From a virus (taxonomy: Duplodnaviria; Caudoviricetes): DNA of 64,000 nt. Location of the stretch: the IMG/VR virus record IMGVR_UViG_3300022848_000005; one strand, 5' to 3'. The position numbers and the translations under genes are program-made. Positions 49,559 to 57,520 of the stretch are shown one piece after another; the first letter of the stretch is position 1, and each line of letters starts with the position of its first letter. The notes under the pieces were generated by a model. That model saw only the letters and a program-made list of their open reading frames with translations, was not told the origin of the DNA and made no database searches.

Positions 49559-49567
49559 AATAAAATT

Positions 49568-49596
49568 TTGACATTACTAGCAAGTGATGTTAATGT
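49568..49596 (+). promoter_or_regulatory. Sigma70-like promoter TTGACA-17-TAATGT
   Basis: The spacer carries CAAGTG in the same register as the CGAGTG motif. Confidence 0.5.
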
Positions 49597-49654
49597 AGCA
49601 GTGTAGTACACACTTTTAATTATGGCACCTTTATTATGGTATGGCAAATTTATT

Positions 49655-49831
49655 ATGGAAAACTTAAATTTTAATTTTGAAAGCATTGAAATAAGGCGAG
49701 TAGCTAATGGCTACGTTATTCAGGTGAACGGAGAAGACAATGCACAGGAGTTTGTTTACGACACAAGTCGTAAAACTCTAAAGTTTGTTCGAACTTTCTT
49801 AGAACATTCCAAGGCACAGGTGGCTGAGTAA
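49655..49831 (+). CDS. Small hypothetical protein
   Basis: IEIRRVANGYVI; downstream of a promoter. Confidence 0.55.
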   Translation: MENLNFNFESIEIRRVANGYVIQVNGEDNAQEFVYDTSRKTLKFVRTFLEHSKAQVAE

Positions 49832-51190
49832 TTGCCAGCGAAACCCGCTGAACTATTAACTCCCAGCCCTGTCCCTACACAGAATGTAAGTAATGGAGAA
49901 TATCCTCCATTAGCTCAGACGCCACAACAGCGCCTAGTACAGAGTAAGATAAACGCAGACAGTACGTTTGACGAATCTTTTAACGCTATGAACACAGTTT
50001 ATGGCCCGGGCTTCGTATACTCTAATTATGGTGACTTAAGTAAACAGTTTGTCTTTGATGTGCAGACACACTTACTTAAGGATGGGTATAAAAACCCACA
50101 GCAACTTGCACACAGGCAGTATGCACACAACTATCTAAATTCAGACGTGGAGCGTTACCCCACGTTTGATGCACAGAAGTTTGATAATTACATTAAAGAA
50201 ATATACCTAGACAGTGATACCAAACTGGCACTAATAAGTGGAACACCTGGCGATTCTGCTGATGAGGACCTGATAGATAATGATAGTATTAAGTGGGCAA
50301 GTACAGTTATTAACAATGTCTGTGGTAGTAAGCGAAGTTTTAGTCACAGCATAATACAACCTAAAGTACCTGGTTACCTAGATGAAGTGGACTACGCTAT
50401 AGAAGTCCTACAGCCAGATAGCTGGAAGTGTTATACAATAGGAACCTTTGCATACCCGACTCGACGGAATAAACAGTTTAGATTAGATGATGAAAAACTG
50501 GTCTATCCCTGGTTCGAACGAGCAGAGCGAGCAGGTATTAAAAACATCTGTGTACACAAAGGACTATTACCACCAGATTATCGAGAGTCCTGGCGAGACT
50601 TGTGGGAATACAGTACTGTTCAAGACCTCGCAAAAGCCGCTCGAGACTGGCCGAACTTAAACTTTATAATCTATCACAGTGCATTGCGTATAAGTCACGA
50701 AAACCCAGAGGATATCCTCAAGAACTTCGTTAAAACTGGTCGGATTGAATGGACAACCGACTTGTGTGATATAGTACACAAGTATGGACTTAAAAATGTT
50801 TATGCAGAACTAGGTACAAGTTTTGGTAGCATGGTTGTGCTTAATCCCCTGGTAGCAAGTGCATGGTTAGGGCAGATGCTAAACATGATGGGTGAGGATA
50901 GAATATTATGGGGTACTGACTCTGTGTGGTATGGATCACCACAGTGGCAGATAGAAGCACTACGTAGACTGGAAGTACCTGATCACATTATGCATCGTAT
51001 GGGCTGGGACAAAAACTTAGGAGAACCCGACGGCACTGTAAAGCAAAAAATATTTGGACTTAACGCCGCTAGACTGTATAATGTAGATGTTGCAAGTGCA
51101 ATAAATGATATAGATTCTAGTAAAATAGAAAAAATGCGTTTGGGGCATAGCGAACCTAGAAATAATAGATACTATGGTTATATAGCATAA
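49832..51190 (+). CDS. Amidohydrolase-superfamily (amidohydro_2-like) metal-dependent hydrolase, an auxiliary metabolic gene
   Basis: FDVQTH (DxxTH), WKCY, VHKG, IYH, YAELG and WGTDS.WYGSPQWQIEA motifs. Confidence 0.85.
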   Translation: MPAKPAELLTPSPVPTQNVSNGEYPPLAQTPQQRLVQSKINADSTFDESFNAMNTVYGPGFVYSNYGDLSKQFVFDVQTHLLKDGYKNPQQLAHRQYAHNYLNSDVERYPTFDAQKFDNYIKEIYLDSDTKLALISGTPGDSADEDLIDNDSIKWASTVINNVCGSKRSFSHSIIQPKVPGYLDEVDYAIEVLQPDSWKCYTIGTFAYPTRRNKQFRLDDEKLVYPWFERAERAGIKNICVHKGLLPPDYRESWRDLWEYSTVQDLAKAARDWPNLNFIIYHSALRISHENPEDILKNFVKTGRIEWTTDLCDIVHKYGLKNVYAELGTSFGSMVVLNPLVASAWLGQMLNMMGEDRILWGTDSVWYGSPQWQIEALRRLEVPDHIMHRMGWDKNLGEPDGTVKQKIFGLNAARLYNVDVASAINDIDSSKIEKMRLGHSEPRNNRYYGYIA

Positions 51191-51303
51191 GTGATATGCT
51201 CTAAGAGCATAGAAAATGTTGTATCGCAAAACTAAATACAGGTGCACAGCAATCCTGTGCATTTATAACATTTTCAAACACACTTATAAGGAAAGACACA
51301 CAA

Positions 51304-51420
51304 ATGATACAGATAGTTATAGAAAAACTCAAAAGGTTTTATAATATATTAATAACAGCGCAAATAAAATCAGCAGAACGTCGAATTAAGGGGTATAAGT
51401 CTTTAGGTTATGTTGCATGA
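51304..51420 (+). CDS. Small basic ORF (~38 aa) not in the track
   Basis: ATG after AAGGA and TAAATA (51233); ATGA-coupled to the next ORF. Confidence 0.45.
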   Translation: MIQIVIEKLKRFYNILITAQIKSAERRIKGYKSLGYVA

Positions 51421-51560
51421 TGAAACTTATAATTAAACTACTCGACAATCTGTCAGAGTGGGCAAGTCGGCAAGAACGTATGGATTTAGACCAATATCTA
51501 AGTCAGTCACAGACGATCGGTGAGTTAGAAGATCGTATGCGTAAATGGCAAGTTAAGTAG
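51417..51560 (+). CDS. 47-aa DUF3563-like small protein
   Basis: QYLSQSQTIGELEDRMRKW resembles the YLxxSxDIxDLExRMR motif; followed by a terminator. Confidence 0.5.
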   Translation: MMKLIIKLLDNLSEWASRQERMDLDQYLSQSQTIGELEDRMRKWQVK

Positions 51561-51573
51561 TAACAGCTAACCC

Positions 51574-51600
51574 AGGCGGATAATTTATCCGCCTTTTTTA
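51574..51600 (+). terminator. Rho-independent terminator
   Basis: aggcggataa-t-ttatccgcct inverted repeat followed by a T-run. Confidence 0.85.
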
Positions 51601-51629
51601 TTGACATCTTGTTAATAAACATATAAACT
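51601..51629 (+). promoter_or_regulatory. Sigma70 promoter TTGACA-17-TAAACT, probably leaderless
   Basis: ATG lies 5 nt after the -10. Confidence 0.65.
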
Positions 51630-51634
51630 TAAGC

Positions 51635-51934
51635 ATGGCAAAAATTATCAAAGATTCAAAAAAGCGTCGAAACATTCGACGTTCAATACGCACATTAACG
51701 GAGGCAGCCTTGGAAACTATATCATATATACGAGATACAATTTTAGGTTATATCTGCGAAGGTATTGGATTTTTGCAGTGCATTGCAGATAAAATTGCGG
51801 GTAAAGAACTTAGTAGCCAATTTTGGACAGGGATTTTTATTATTGTCGCCTTTAGTCTAATGTACTTTGATATGATACTGGCATTTTTTATACTGGGGTG
51901 CAGGATACTTTGGTTACTGGAGAGATCATTGTGA
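51635..51934 (+). CDS. Small membrane protein
   Basis: Basic N-terminus and a hydrophobic C-terminal segment. Confidence 0.6.
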   Translation: MAKIIKDSKKRRNIRRSIRTLTEAALETISYIRDTILGYICEGIGFLQCIADKIAGKELSSQFWTGIFIIVAFSLMYFDMILAFFILGCRILWLLERSL

Positions 51935-52185
51935 CCGATGAAGCGGAACTTAGAACTAGACCCAAATACCTTAAACACGATGTTGTGTGGAGTATAGACA
52001 AACTCTACAGAATGGCAACAGATCCATATGCAACAGGATACGAAACTTGGTCATATAAACAAGACTTACTGTTATTAAAGTGGTGGTTAGATGACCTGGT
52101 AGATCAATGTGGGACCTATGCAGACGAAGAAGAATTTAAAAAAGCACATGAAAAACGTAAAATGTGGGATACACTTAAAAAATGA
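51931..52185 (+). CDS. Hypothetical protein
   Basis: A GTGA-coupled start is preferred over 51898. Confidence 0.55.
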   Translation: MTDEAELRTRPKYLKHDVVWSIDKLYRMATDPYATGYETWSYKQDLLLLKWWLDDLVDQCGTYADEEEFKKAHEKRKMWDTLKK

Positions 52186-52514
52186 AGTATCTATGCATCG
52201 GTAATCCCACAAGTGCTACTGATGACATAACCACACGTCTGGCTGTTACTAAAAAAACCATTAACCACGGGCTTGCGATTAACATAGAGCAGGCGGGGTT
52301 TTATCACATAAGTTTAGCAGACATCAGTATATTGGAAGCAGAAACATTCGTCGAACAGTTTGATGAGTTATACTTCTTAGAACAAGCACGAGAAACATAC
52401 AGCAGTGAATCAGTATACAATAACACAAGAGCATTGCTGTTATATATAAAAAACTGGAATGTAAAACCTTTTAAGATTGTTAAAGAGTCCTGGATAAAAT
52501 GTCTGACGTATTAA
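52182..52514 (+). CDS. Hypothetical protein
   Basis: MKYLCIGN...GFYH.SL.D; coupled ORF. Confidence 0.55.
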   Translation: MKYLCIGNPTSATDDITTRLAVTKKTINHGLAINIEQAGFYHISLADISILEAETFVEQFDELYFLEQARETYSSESVYNNTRALLLYIKNWNVKPFKIVKESWIKCLTY

Positions 52515-53803
52515 AATACAAAGCACGGGTACTGGACACAAAGTCCCAGTCTTTCTGTGGTGCAAAGTGGTACGAGGCTGTGATATTTTTAGGGTCTGGC
52601 AAGACAATGAGTTGCCATCATAATCCTTATCACGAAGTAAGTGACACAGCAGTACTTGAAAACTACAAGGCAATACACAATACTTCTGAGAAGAAACAAC
52701 AACGAGCAGAGATGTTACGTGGCGAACGTCCAGAAGGCTGTAATTACTGCTGGCGTCTTGAGGATAATAACTCCGTTAGTGATCGGGTATATAAAAGTCA
52801 GAAGTTTACTGATGCTGACAATCAGTTAGCATTTGACTCAGACCCCAATGCTGACGTTGACTTACAGTCACTGGAGTTGCACTTTGACAAAGTATGTCAG
52901 ATGGCATGTAGTTACTGCCATGCAGGTTACAGTACTACCTGGGCACAGGATATAAAGCAAAATGGTGCATACGAAAATGTAGAGTCTGACAAACAGCAAC
53001 ACTACAAGTATCAGAGAAAAATAGATCAACTGTTTAAGCCTACCCAGGAAAACTTATATGTAGAAGCATTTTATAAATGGTGGGACGCAGACTTACATCG
53101 GACACTTAAAGAGTTACGCATACTAGGTGGGGAACCCTTATTGAGTCCACACATATGGCGTTTTATTGAATGGTTTAAAAGCAAAGACACTAAATGTAGT
53201 CTGGAGTTTGTAACTAACCTAGGACCCAAAGTTGATGTGCCCAGGTTCCTTAATGCTGTAGACGGCAAACAGGTTGTGGTAATGACCAGTATGGAAACTG
53301 TGGGAGAACATGCTGAGTACACCAGAGACGGGGTAGATTACGAGCTTTGGTGTAAAAATGTCGAACTCTGTCTGCAGAGCAAAACGGTGTCACGTATGTC
53401 AGTGCTGTTTACCGTAAATGCCTTAAGTGTGTTTAATATGTGCGATCTTATGGCAAAGATTATACACTGGAGGTCAGTGTACGGCAAAGACAGGATAAAC
53501 ATGAGTATTAATATCTTACGTTATCCAGTATTTCAAAACATAACAGTTTTATCTGACACTGCAAGACAACAAGTAGCCACTACTCTGGAACAATGGTTAG
53601 AACTACACGACAACTATATTACTGACTACGAGTATCAACAACTTGAGAGACTCGTAAATTATGTTAGAGTTGTTGACGCACCCGACAATTTACAAGATGT
53701 ACGCAAAGACTTTAAATCGTTCTTTACACAATATGATAAACGCAGAGGAAAAAGTTTTAAGGAAACCTTTCCTGAATTAACAGACTGGTACGGAGAGATA
53801 TAA
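52499..53803 (+). CDS. Radical SAM protein with an N-terminal twitch domain
   Basis: FCGAKW...SCHH...CNYCW; CQMACSYC, S.TW and GGEPL. Confidence 0.92.
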   Translation: MSDVLKYKARVLDTKSQSFCGAKWYEAVIFLGSGKTMSCHHNPYHEVSDTAVLENYKAIHNTSEKKQQRAEMLRGERPEGCNYCWRLEDNNSVSDRVYKSQKFTDADNQLAFDSDPNADVDLQSLELHFDKVCQMACSYCHAGYSTTWAQDIKQNGAYENVESDKQQHYKYQRKIDQLFKPTQENLYVEAFYKWWDADLHRTLKELRILGGEPLLSPHIWRFIEWFKSKDTKCSLEFVTNLGPKVDVPRFLNAVDGKQVVVMTSMETVGEHAEYTRDGVDYELWCKNVELCLQSKTVSRMSVLFTVNALSVFNMCDLMAKIIHWRSVYGKDRINMSINILRYPVFQNITVLSDTARQQVATTLEQWLELHDNYITDYEYQQLERLVNYVRVVDAPDNLQDVRKDFKSFFTQYDKRRGKSFKETFPELTDWYGEI

Positions 53804-54081
53804 TGGAAGAGAAAATACGAGAAGACTTGTTCACAGACATTAGTAGATATACATTGCAGGGCATAGAACCTACAGGTTTAGTCAGAGCAATAATTTGCAA
53901 CGACTTATATCAACTAGTACTGCAAGCACAAGGTACAGATGCCTGGGCAGAAACAAAAAAAATAGTTAAGTGGTTGCAAAAAAACGGGGTAGTTGATGGT
54001 CTACGTTGTTGGGGCAGTCATTCAATAATGATTAGGTACTTGGACTTAACAAATGCACCGCTTACAGGTAACACGAAATAA
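53803..54081 (+). CDS. Small hypothetical protein
   Basis: 92-aa ORF ending at a terminator. Confidence 0.55.
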   Translation: MEEKIREDLFTDISRYTLQGIEPTGLVRAIICNDLYQLVLQAQGTDAWAETKKIVKWLQKNGVVDGLRCWGSHSIMIRYLDLTNAPLTGNTK

Positions 54082-54103
54082 TAATACTAAGTGATATAGA
54101 GAA

Positions 54104-54823
54104 CTAGCCTTCTTCGGAGGGCTTTTTCACGGTTGCAAGTCCTACAGTTTCCAACGCCTCTATCCAGGCCCAACCTATATCAAACTCCATAGCGGTACGT
54201 TCAAACTTAGCACTTGCTGGAAACTTATGGTGGTTATTGTGCAATTCTTCACCACCTATCAGTATCCCCCAAGGTATAATGTTATGACTGTTTTCTTTGG
54301 TGTTGTAGTTTCTATAACCTACGTAGTGAGCAACTCCATTAATTACTCCCGCCGCCCAGAAAGGTATCCATAACATCTGAATACCCCATATTAATATGCC
54401 CCACCAACTGAAGATGGCAACATTTGTCAGTAACAGTAATAGTATCCCTGAGTTCTTAAACCTGGTATATACGTTACGTTCTACCCAGTCATCTGGCGTA
54501 CCCACACCAAACTGTTCAACCATCCGTTGGTCGTTGGCGGCATCTGTATATAACAGAGCTCCTCCAAACAACACTCTTTTAATACCATAGACCACAGGGC
54601 TGTGTGGATCGCCCTCTTTATCACTAAATGCGTGATGTTTACGGTGTACCGCTACCCATTCTTTGGTGACCATACTGGTAGTTAGCCAGAGCCAAAATCG
54701 CATAAAGTGGGTTATGTATCTATGAAATTCAACGGCTTTATGGGCTTGGCAACGATGCAAGAACAGAGTTACGCATAGGATTGTTATATGAGTTGCTACT
54801 AATGTATAGATTATCTCAGTCAT
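54104..54823 (-). CDS. Delta-9 fatty acid (acyl-CoA/lipid) desaturase, an auxiliary metabolic gene
   Basis: Three His boxes: HRCQAH, HRKHH and HNNHH; DPHSP and GEELHNNHH; ATG at 54823. Confidence 0.93.
   Translation of the reverse strand: MTEIIYTLVATHITILCVTLFLHRCQAHKAVEFHRYITHFMRFWLWLTTSMVTKEWVAVHRKHHAFSDKEGDPHSPVVYGIKRVLFGGALLYTDAANDQRMVEQFGVGTPDDWVERNVYTRFKNSGILLLLLTNVAIFSWWGILIWGIQMLWIPFWAAGVINGVAHYVGYRNYNTKENSHNIIPWGILIGGEELHNNHHKFPASAKFERTAMEFDIGWAWIEALETVGLATVKKPSEEG
54106..54127 (+). terminator. Terminator with a cUUCGg tetraloop, overlapping the desaturase 3' end
   Basis: agccttc-ttcg-gagggct-tttt. Confidence 0.85.
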
Positions 54824-54841
54824 GTTGTACTTATCGTTGTA

Positions 54842-54899
54842 AATCAATAACTTACGTGGTTATATTTTGGTTGACGTTTGGTCCGAGTGAACCTATAAT
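54842..54899 (+). promoter_or_regulatory. Sigma70 promoter (TTGACG-17-TATAAT) with an upstream IHF-consensus site
   Basis: -35 at 54871, -10 at 54894; AATCAATAACTTA at 54842. Confidence 0.85.
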
Positions 54900-54935
54900 A
54901 TAGTTATACTGTTAATAAAGAAGAGGGGAAACAAG

Positions 54936-55166
54936 ATGTCACAGACACTAACACAATTTGTAAATTACTGCAACGACTTTTACGGTATGGGTGGCTTATA
55001 CGACATGGCCTTTACTAAAAAAGAAATAGCCCATGCAGTAGACATTTACTTTAGTCGCATGTCAGACCAAGTAAATTGGGGCGGTGGTGATACTGTAGAC
55101 CGTGAACGTGTTTACGAGATTATGCGTGAAATTTATACTTTTGAATACAAAGTGGAGGTAGCGTAA
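54936..55166 (+). CDS. Small early protein
   Basis: Follows a strong promoter and a GAGGGG SD. Confidence 0.65.
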   Translation: MSQTLTQFVNYCNDFYGMGGLYDMAFTKKEIAHAVDIYFSRMSDQVNWGGGDTVDRERVYEIMREIYTFEYKVEVA

Positions 55167-55345
55167 TGAAAAAATCAATTACTATGGAAGAACTTACGAT
55201 GGCACAGGCCACGTACAAAAAACTACAATTTCTTCAAGAAGAGAATGCTGAACGTATTGAAAAACTAGAGCAACTCTTTGAGGATTTAGACTTAGGTGTG
55301 GTTGCAATTAGAATACCAGAATCAGATAGACTATCTAACGGTTGA
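55166..55345 (+). CDS. 59-aa coiled-coil ORF not in the track
   Basis: TAATG coupling with a GGAGG SD; MKKSITMEELTMAQ...SNG*. Confidence 0.55.
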   Translation: MKKSITMEELTMAQATYKKLQFLQEENAERIEKLEQLFEDLDLGVVAIRIPESDRLSNG

Positions 55346-55370
55346 CATCTAAATCGAGTGACGCTATACT
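55342..55370 (+). promoter_or_regulatory. Sigma70 promoter TTGACA-17-TATACT
   Basis: The spacer contains CGAGTG. Confidence 0.85.
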
Positions 55371-55406
55371 ATTAAAACTAGGGAAACAGACAGGGGGAAG
55401 TAATAC

Positions 55407-56222
55407 ATGACGACATTGCTTAAAGTTGACAGGGTAGAAAAAGATTTATCAAAAGAAACGGACGCTCAGATCATGGAGCGCATTGGAGAGCGTTTTAACA
55501 TCCTAACTGAAATGACCAAAGCGGTTATTACCAATGACGTTAGGGCAATGATTGTTTCCGGACCTCCAGGAGTAGGCAAGAGTTATGGCGTAGAGTCACT
55601 GCTCGAAAAAGAAAATCTGTTTGATCAGATACAAAATCGTAAACCCAAATATGAACTTGTAAAAGGCACAGCATCAGCACTAGGCTTGTATTGCACATTG
55701 TTCGAACATTCGGATCGAGGACACGTTATTGTATTTGACGATTGTGACTCAATCTTAATGGACGAGCTCAGTCTAAACATCCTTAAAGGTGCATTAGACT
55801 CTGGCAAATCTAGACGTATTAGTTGGAAAGCAGATTCACACAAACTTCGTAACGAAGGTGTGCCTAACTCGTTTACATTTAACGGTAGTGTTATCTTTAT
55901 CACTAACCTTAAGTTTGATCGAGTGCGTGGTAAGATCAGACAACACTTAGAGGCGATACAATCACGTTGCCACTACTTGGATCTTACACTTGATACTGAC
56001 CGTGAGAAGATGCTACGTATTAAACAGATTGCCAAAACTGGTGAATTATTCGAGCGTTATCACTTTACAAAGGAGCTCGAATCAACTATACTAAGTTTTA
56101 TGGATGATAACAAAGATAGTTTACGTGAACTTAGTTTAAGGATGGCAATTAAGATTGCGGATCTTGTTAAAATTAATCCAAATACCTGGCAGAAACTTGC
56201 AAGGTGTACAGTAATGAGGTAA
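55407..56222 (+). CDS. AAA+/P-loop ATPase
   Basis: VSGPPGVGKS Walker A, VFDDCD Walker B, FITN sensor and SRC arginine finger. Confidence 0.88.
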   Translation: MTTLLKVDRVEKDLSKETDAQIMERIGERFNILTEMTKAVITNDVRAMIVSGPPGVGKSYGVESLLEKENLFDQIQNRKPKYELVKGTASALGLYCTLFEHSDRGHVIVFDDCDSILMDELSLNILKGALDSGKSRRISWKADSHKLRNEGVPNSFTFNGSVIFITNLKFDRVRGKIRQHLEAIQSRCHYLDLTLDTDREKMLRIKQIAKTGELFERYHFTKELESTILSFMDDNKDSLRELSLRMAIKIADLVKINPNTWQKLARCTVMR

Positions 56223-56235
56223 TAGCAGTTTTCCC

Positions 56236-56320
56236 ATGTTCGCCCATCTCCCTCAAATATGCTCCCTTGGGCGAACATTTTCGAATCCCCCGGCCCCCTC
56301 GCTGGGGGGTTCACCCTTTT
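56236..56320 (+). ncRNA. Candidate structured RNA: two 11-bp hairpins with C-rich loops and a terminal U-tract
   Basis: atgttcgccca/tgggcgaacat is perfect; gaatcccccgg/ctggggggttc has 2 G-U pairs; loops contain CUCCCU twice and CCCCCU. Confidence 0.45.
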
Positions 56321-56335
56321 AAAGTATCGGTCGGC

Positions 56336-57520
56336 ATGAAAACATTTAACTATGTAGAAGACTATATTATTGAATTGTATGAAGGCAGTTATAGGTTTAA
56401 TGCTAATAGTCAAGACATCGACTATCGTCTAGCCAGTTACGACATTAGAATAGTTCAAAGCATTCACAACCAGGTAACTTTCCAGAGCGTAGCACTGACA
56501 GATAAACAAGCAGAGCTCTGCGTTAAATTAGTAGAAAAATACACACGCCAATTTAAACGGGCAGGCATTGACAACTTTGCAATGCTAGAGTCAAGTACTC
56601 GGAAGTTTAAACTTGGCATACGCAAGGTTAATAGGGATTATAAGATCCATATCAAAGACGACCTGATACATGCTACGTTTCCCTATAACCTAAGGCTTAT
56701 TTCAGAAATAAGAAAGCGTTCAGAAAAGTCTGGGGGTGTTAGAGCCATTTGGAGTCGAACTGACAAAGTCTGGAAGTTTGGGTTTACAGAACCTAATGTA
56801 AAGTTTACTATTAGTTTTGGTCAAGATTATGATTTTGATATAGATCCTAAATTGTTAGAGATAGCCGGTAAGCTAGCCAAGCAGGACTGGGAACACTATA
56901 ATATCAAACTTGTGGAACATGATGGCAAGTACACTATACAAAACTGTCCAGTCAGTCTAAGCGAGTACGTTGACAAACACGCAGGCACTGATCTATTGAG
57001 TTTGGTAGACTACAGTGGTATCTGTGCCTACCAGGTTGACAATAACATTGCCAATCAGATTAAACAGGCTCATACTGAAACAGTAAGTGCATGTCTATTA
57101 GGCAAGCATATCTGGTTAGATCCAAAGAAACATTCGTTTAACGATATTATAAAGTATGCAGAGTTAACCGATAGATTTCCAGTAACTGTATACGACACAC
57201 TAGGAAATTTTGGACCTTTCCTAAATCAAAATATAGAAAAAACAGACAGTAACTTTAAATATCTATATAGTCGCTTTTTAAATTTGTCTGAACGTGTTGG
57301 TCCTATATACCATCATGACACGGTACTACCTGATAACTGGCCGTACAAAAACGCAGATCCTAAAACTGCTAGAATAAAAATTTATTCATCAGCATCAAAG
57401 GATATGTTTATTGACGACATACCTTTATTAGTATGTAGCCAAAATTTTAATTATGGAAGTTTGCGCATACAGATGCTTGCAAAATCTGAAAAAATAGTGT
57501 ATCATTGTGTTAAATTATGA
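56336..57520 (+). CDS. Conserved protein of unknown function upstream of the helicase
   Basis: ATG 56336 (the 56204 extension runs through the hairpins); FPY...LI..IR...A.W....K.W motif. Confidence 0.65.
   Translation: MKTFNYVEDYIIELYEGSYRFNANSQDIDYRLASYDIRIVQSIHNQVTFQSVALTDKQAELCVKLVEKYTRQFKRAGIDNFAMLESSTRKFKLGIRKVNRDYKIHIKDDLIHATFPYNLRLISEIRKRSEKSGGVRAIWSRTDKVWKFGFTEPNVKFTISFGQDYDFDIDPKLLEIAGKLAKQDWEHYNIKLVEHDGKYTIQNCPVSLSEYVDKHAGTDLLSLVDYSGICAYQVDNNIANQIKQAHTETVSACLLGKHIWLDPKKHSFNDIIKYAELTDRFPVTVYDTLGNFGPFLNQNIEKTDSNFKYLYSRFLNLSERVGPIYHHDTVLPDNWPYKNADPKTARIKIYSSASKDMFIDDIPLLVCSQNFNYGSLRIQMLAKSEKIVYHCVKL

Noticed and set aside
56281-56301. tRNA or tmRNA 3' end (TTCGAATCCCCCGGCCCCCT)
   Set aside because: No matching 5' T-stem strand, acceptor strand, D-arm or CCA; the bases are better explained by the local hairpin.
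56204-56335. N-terminal extension of the 56204 ORF
   Set aside because: It overlaps the ATPase stop and runs through the hairpins; ATG 56336 is the more plausible start.
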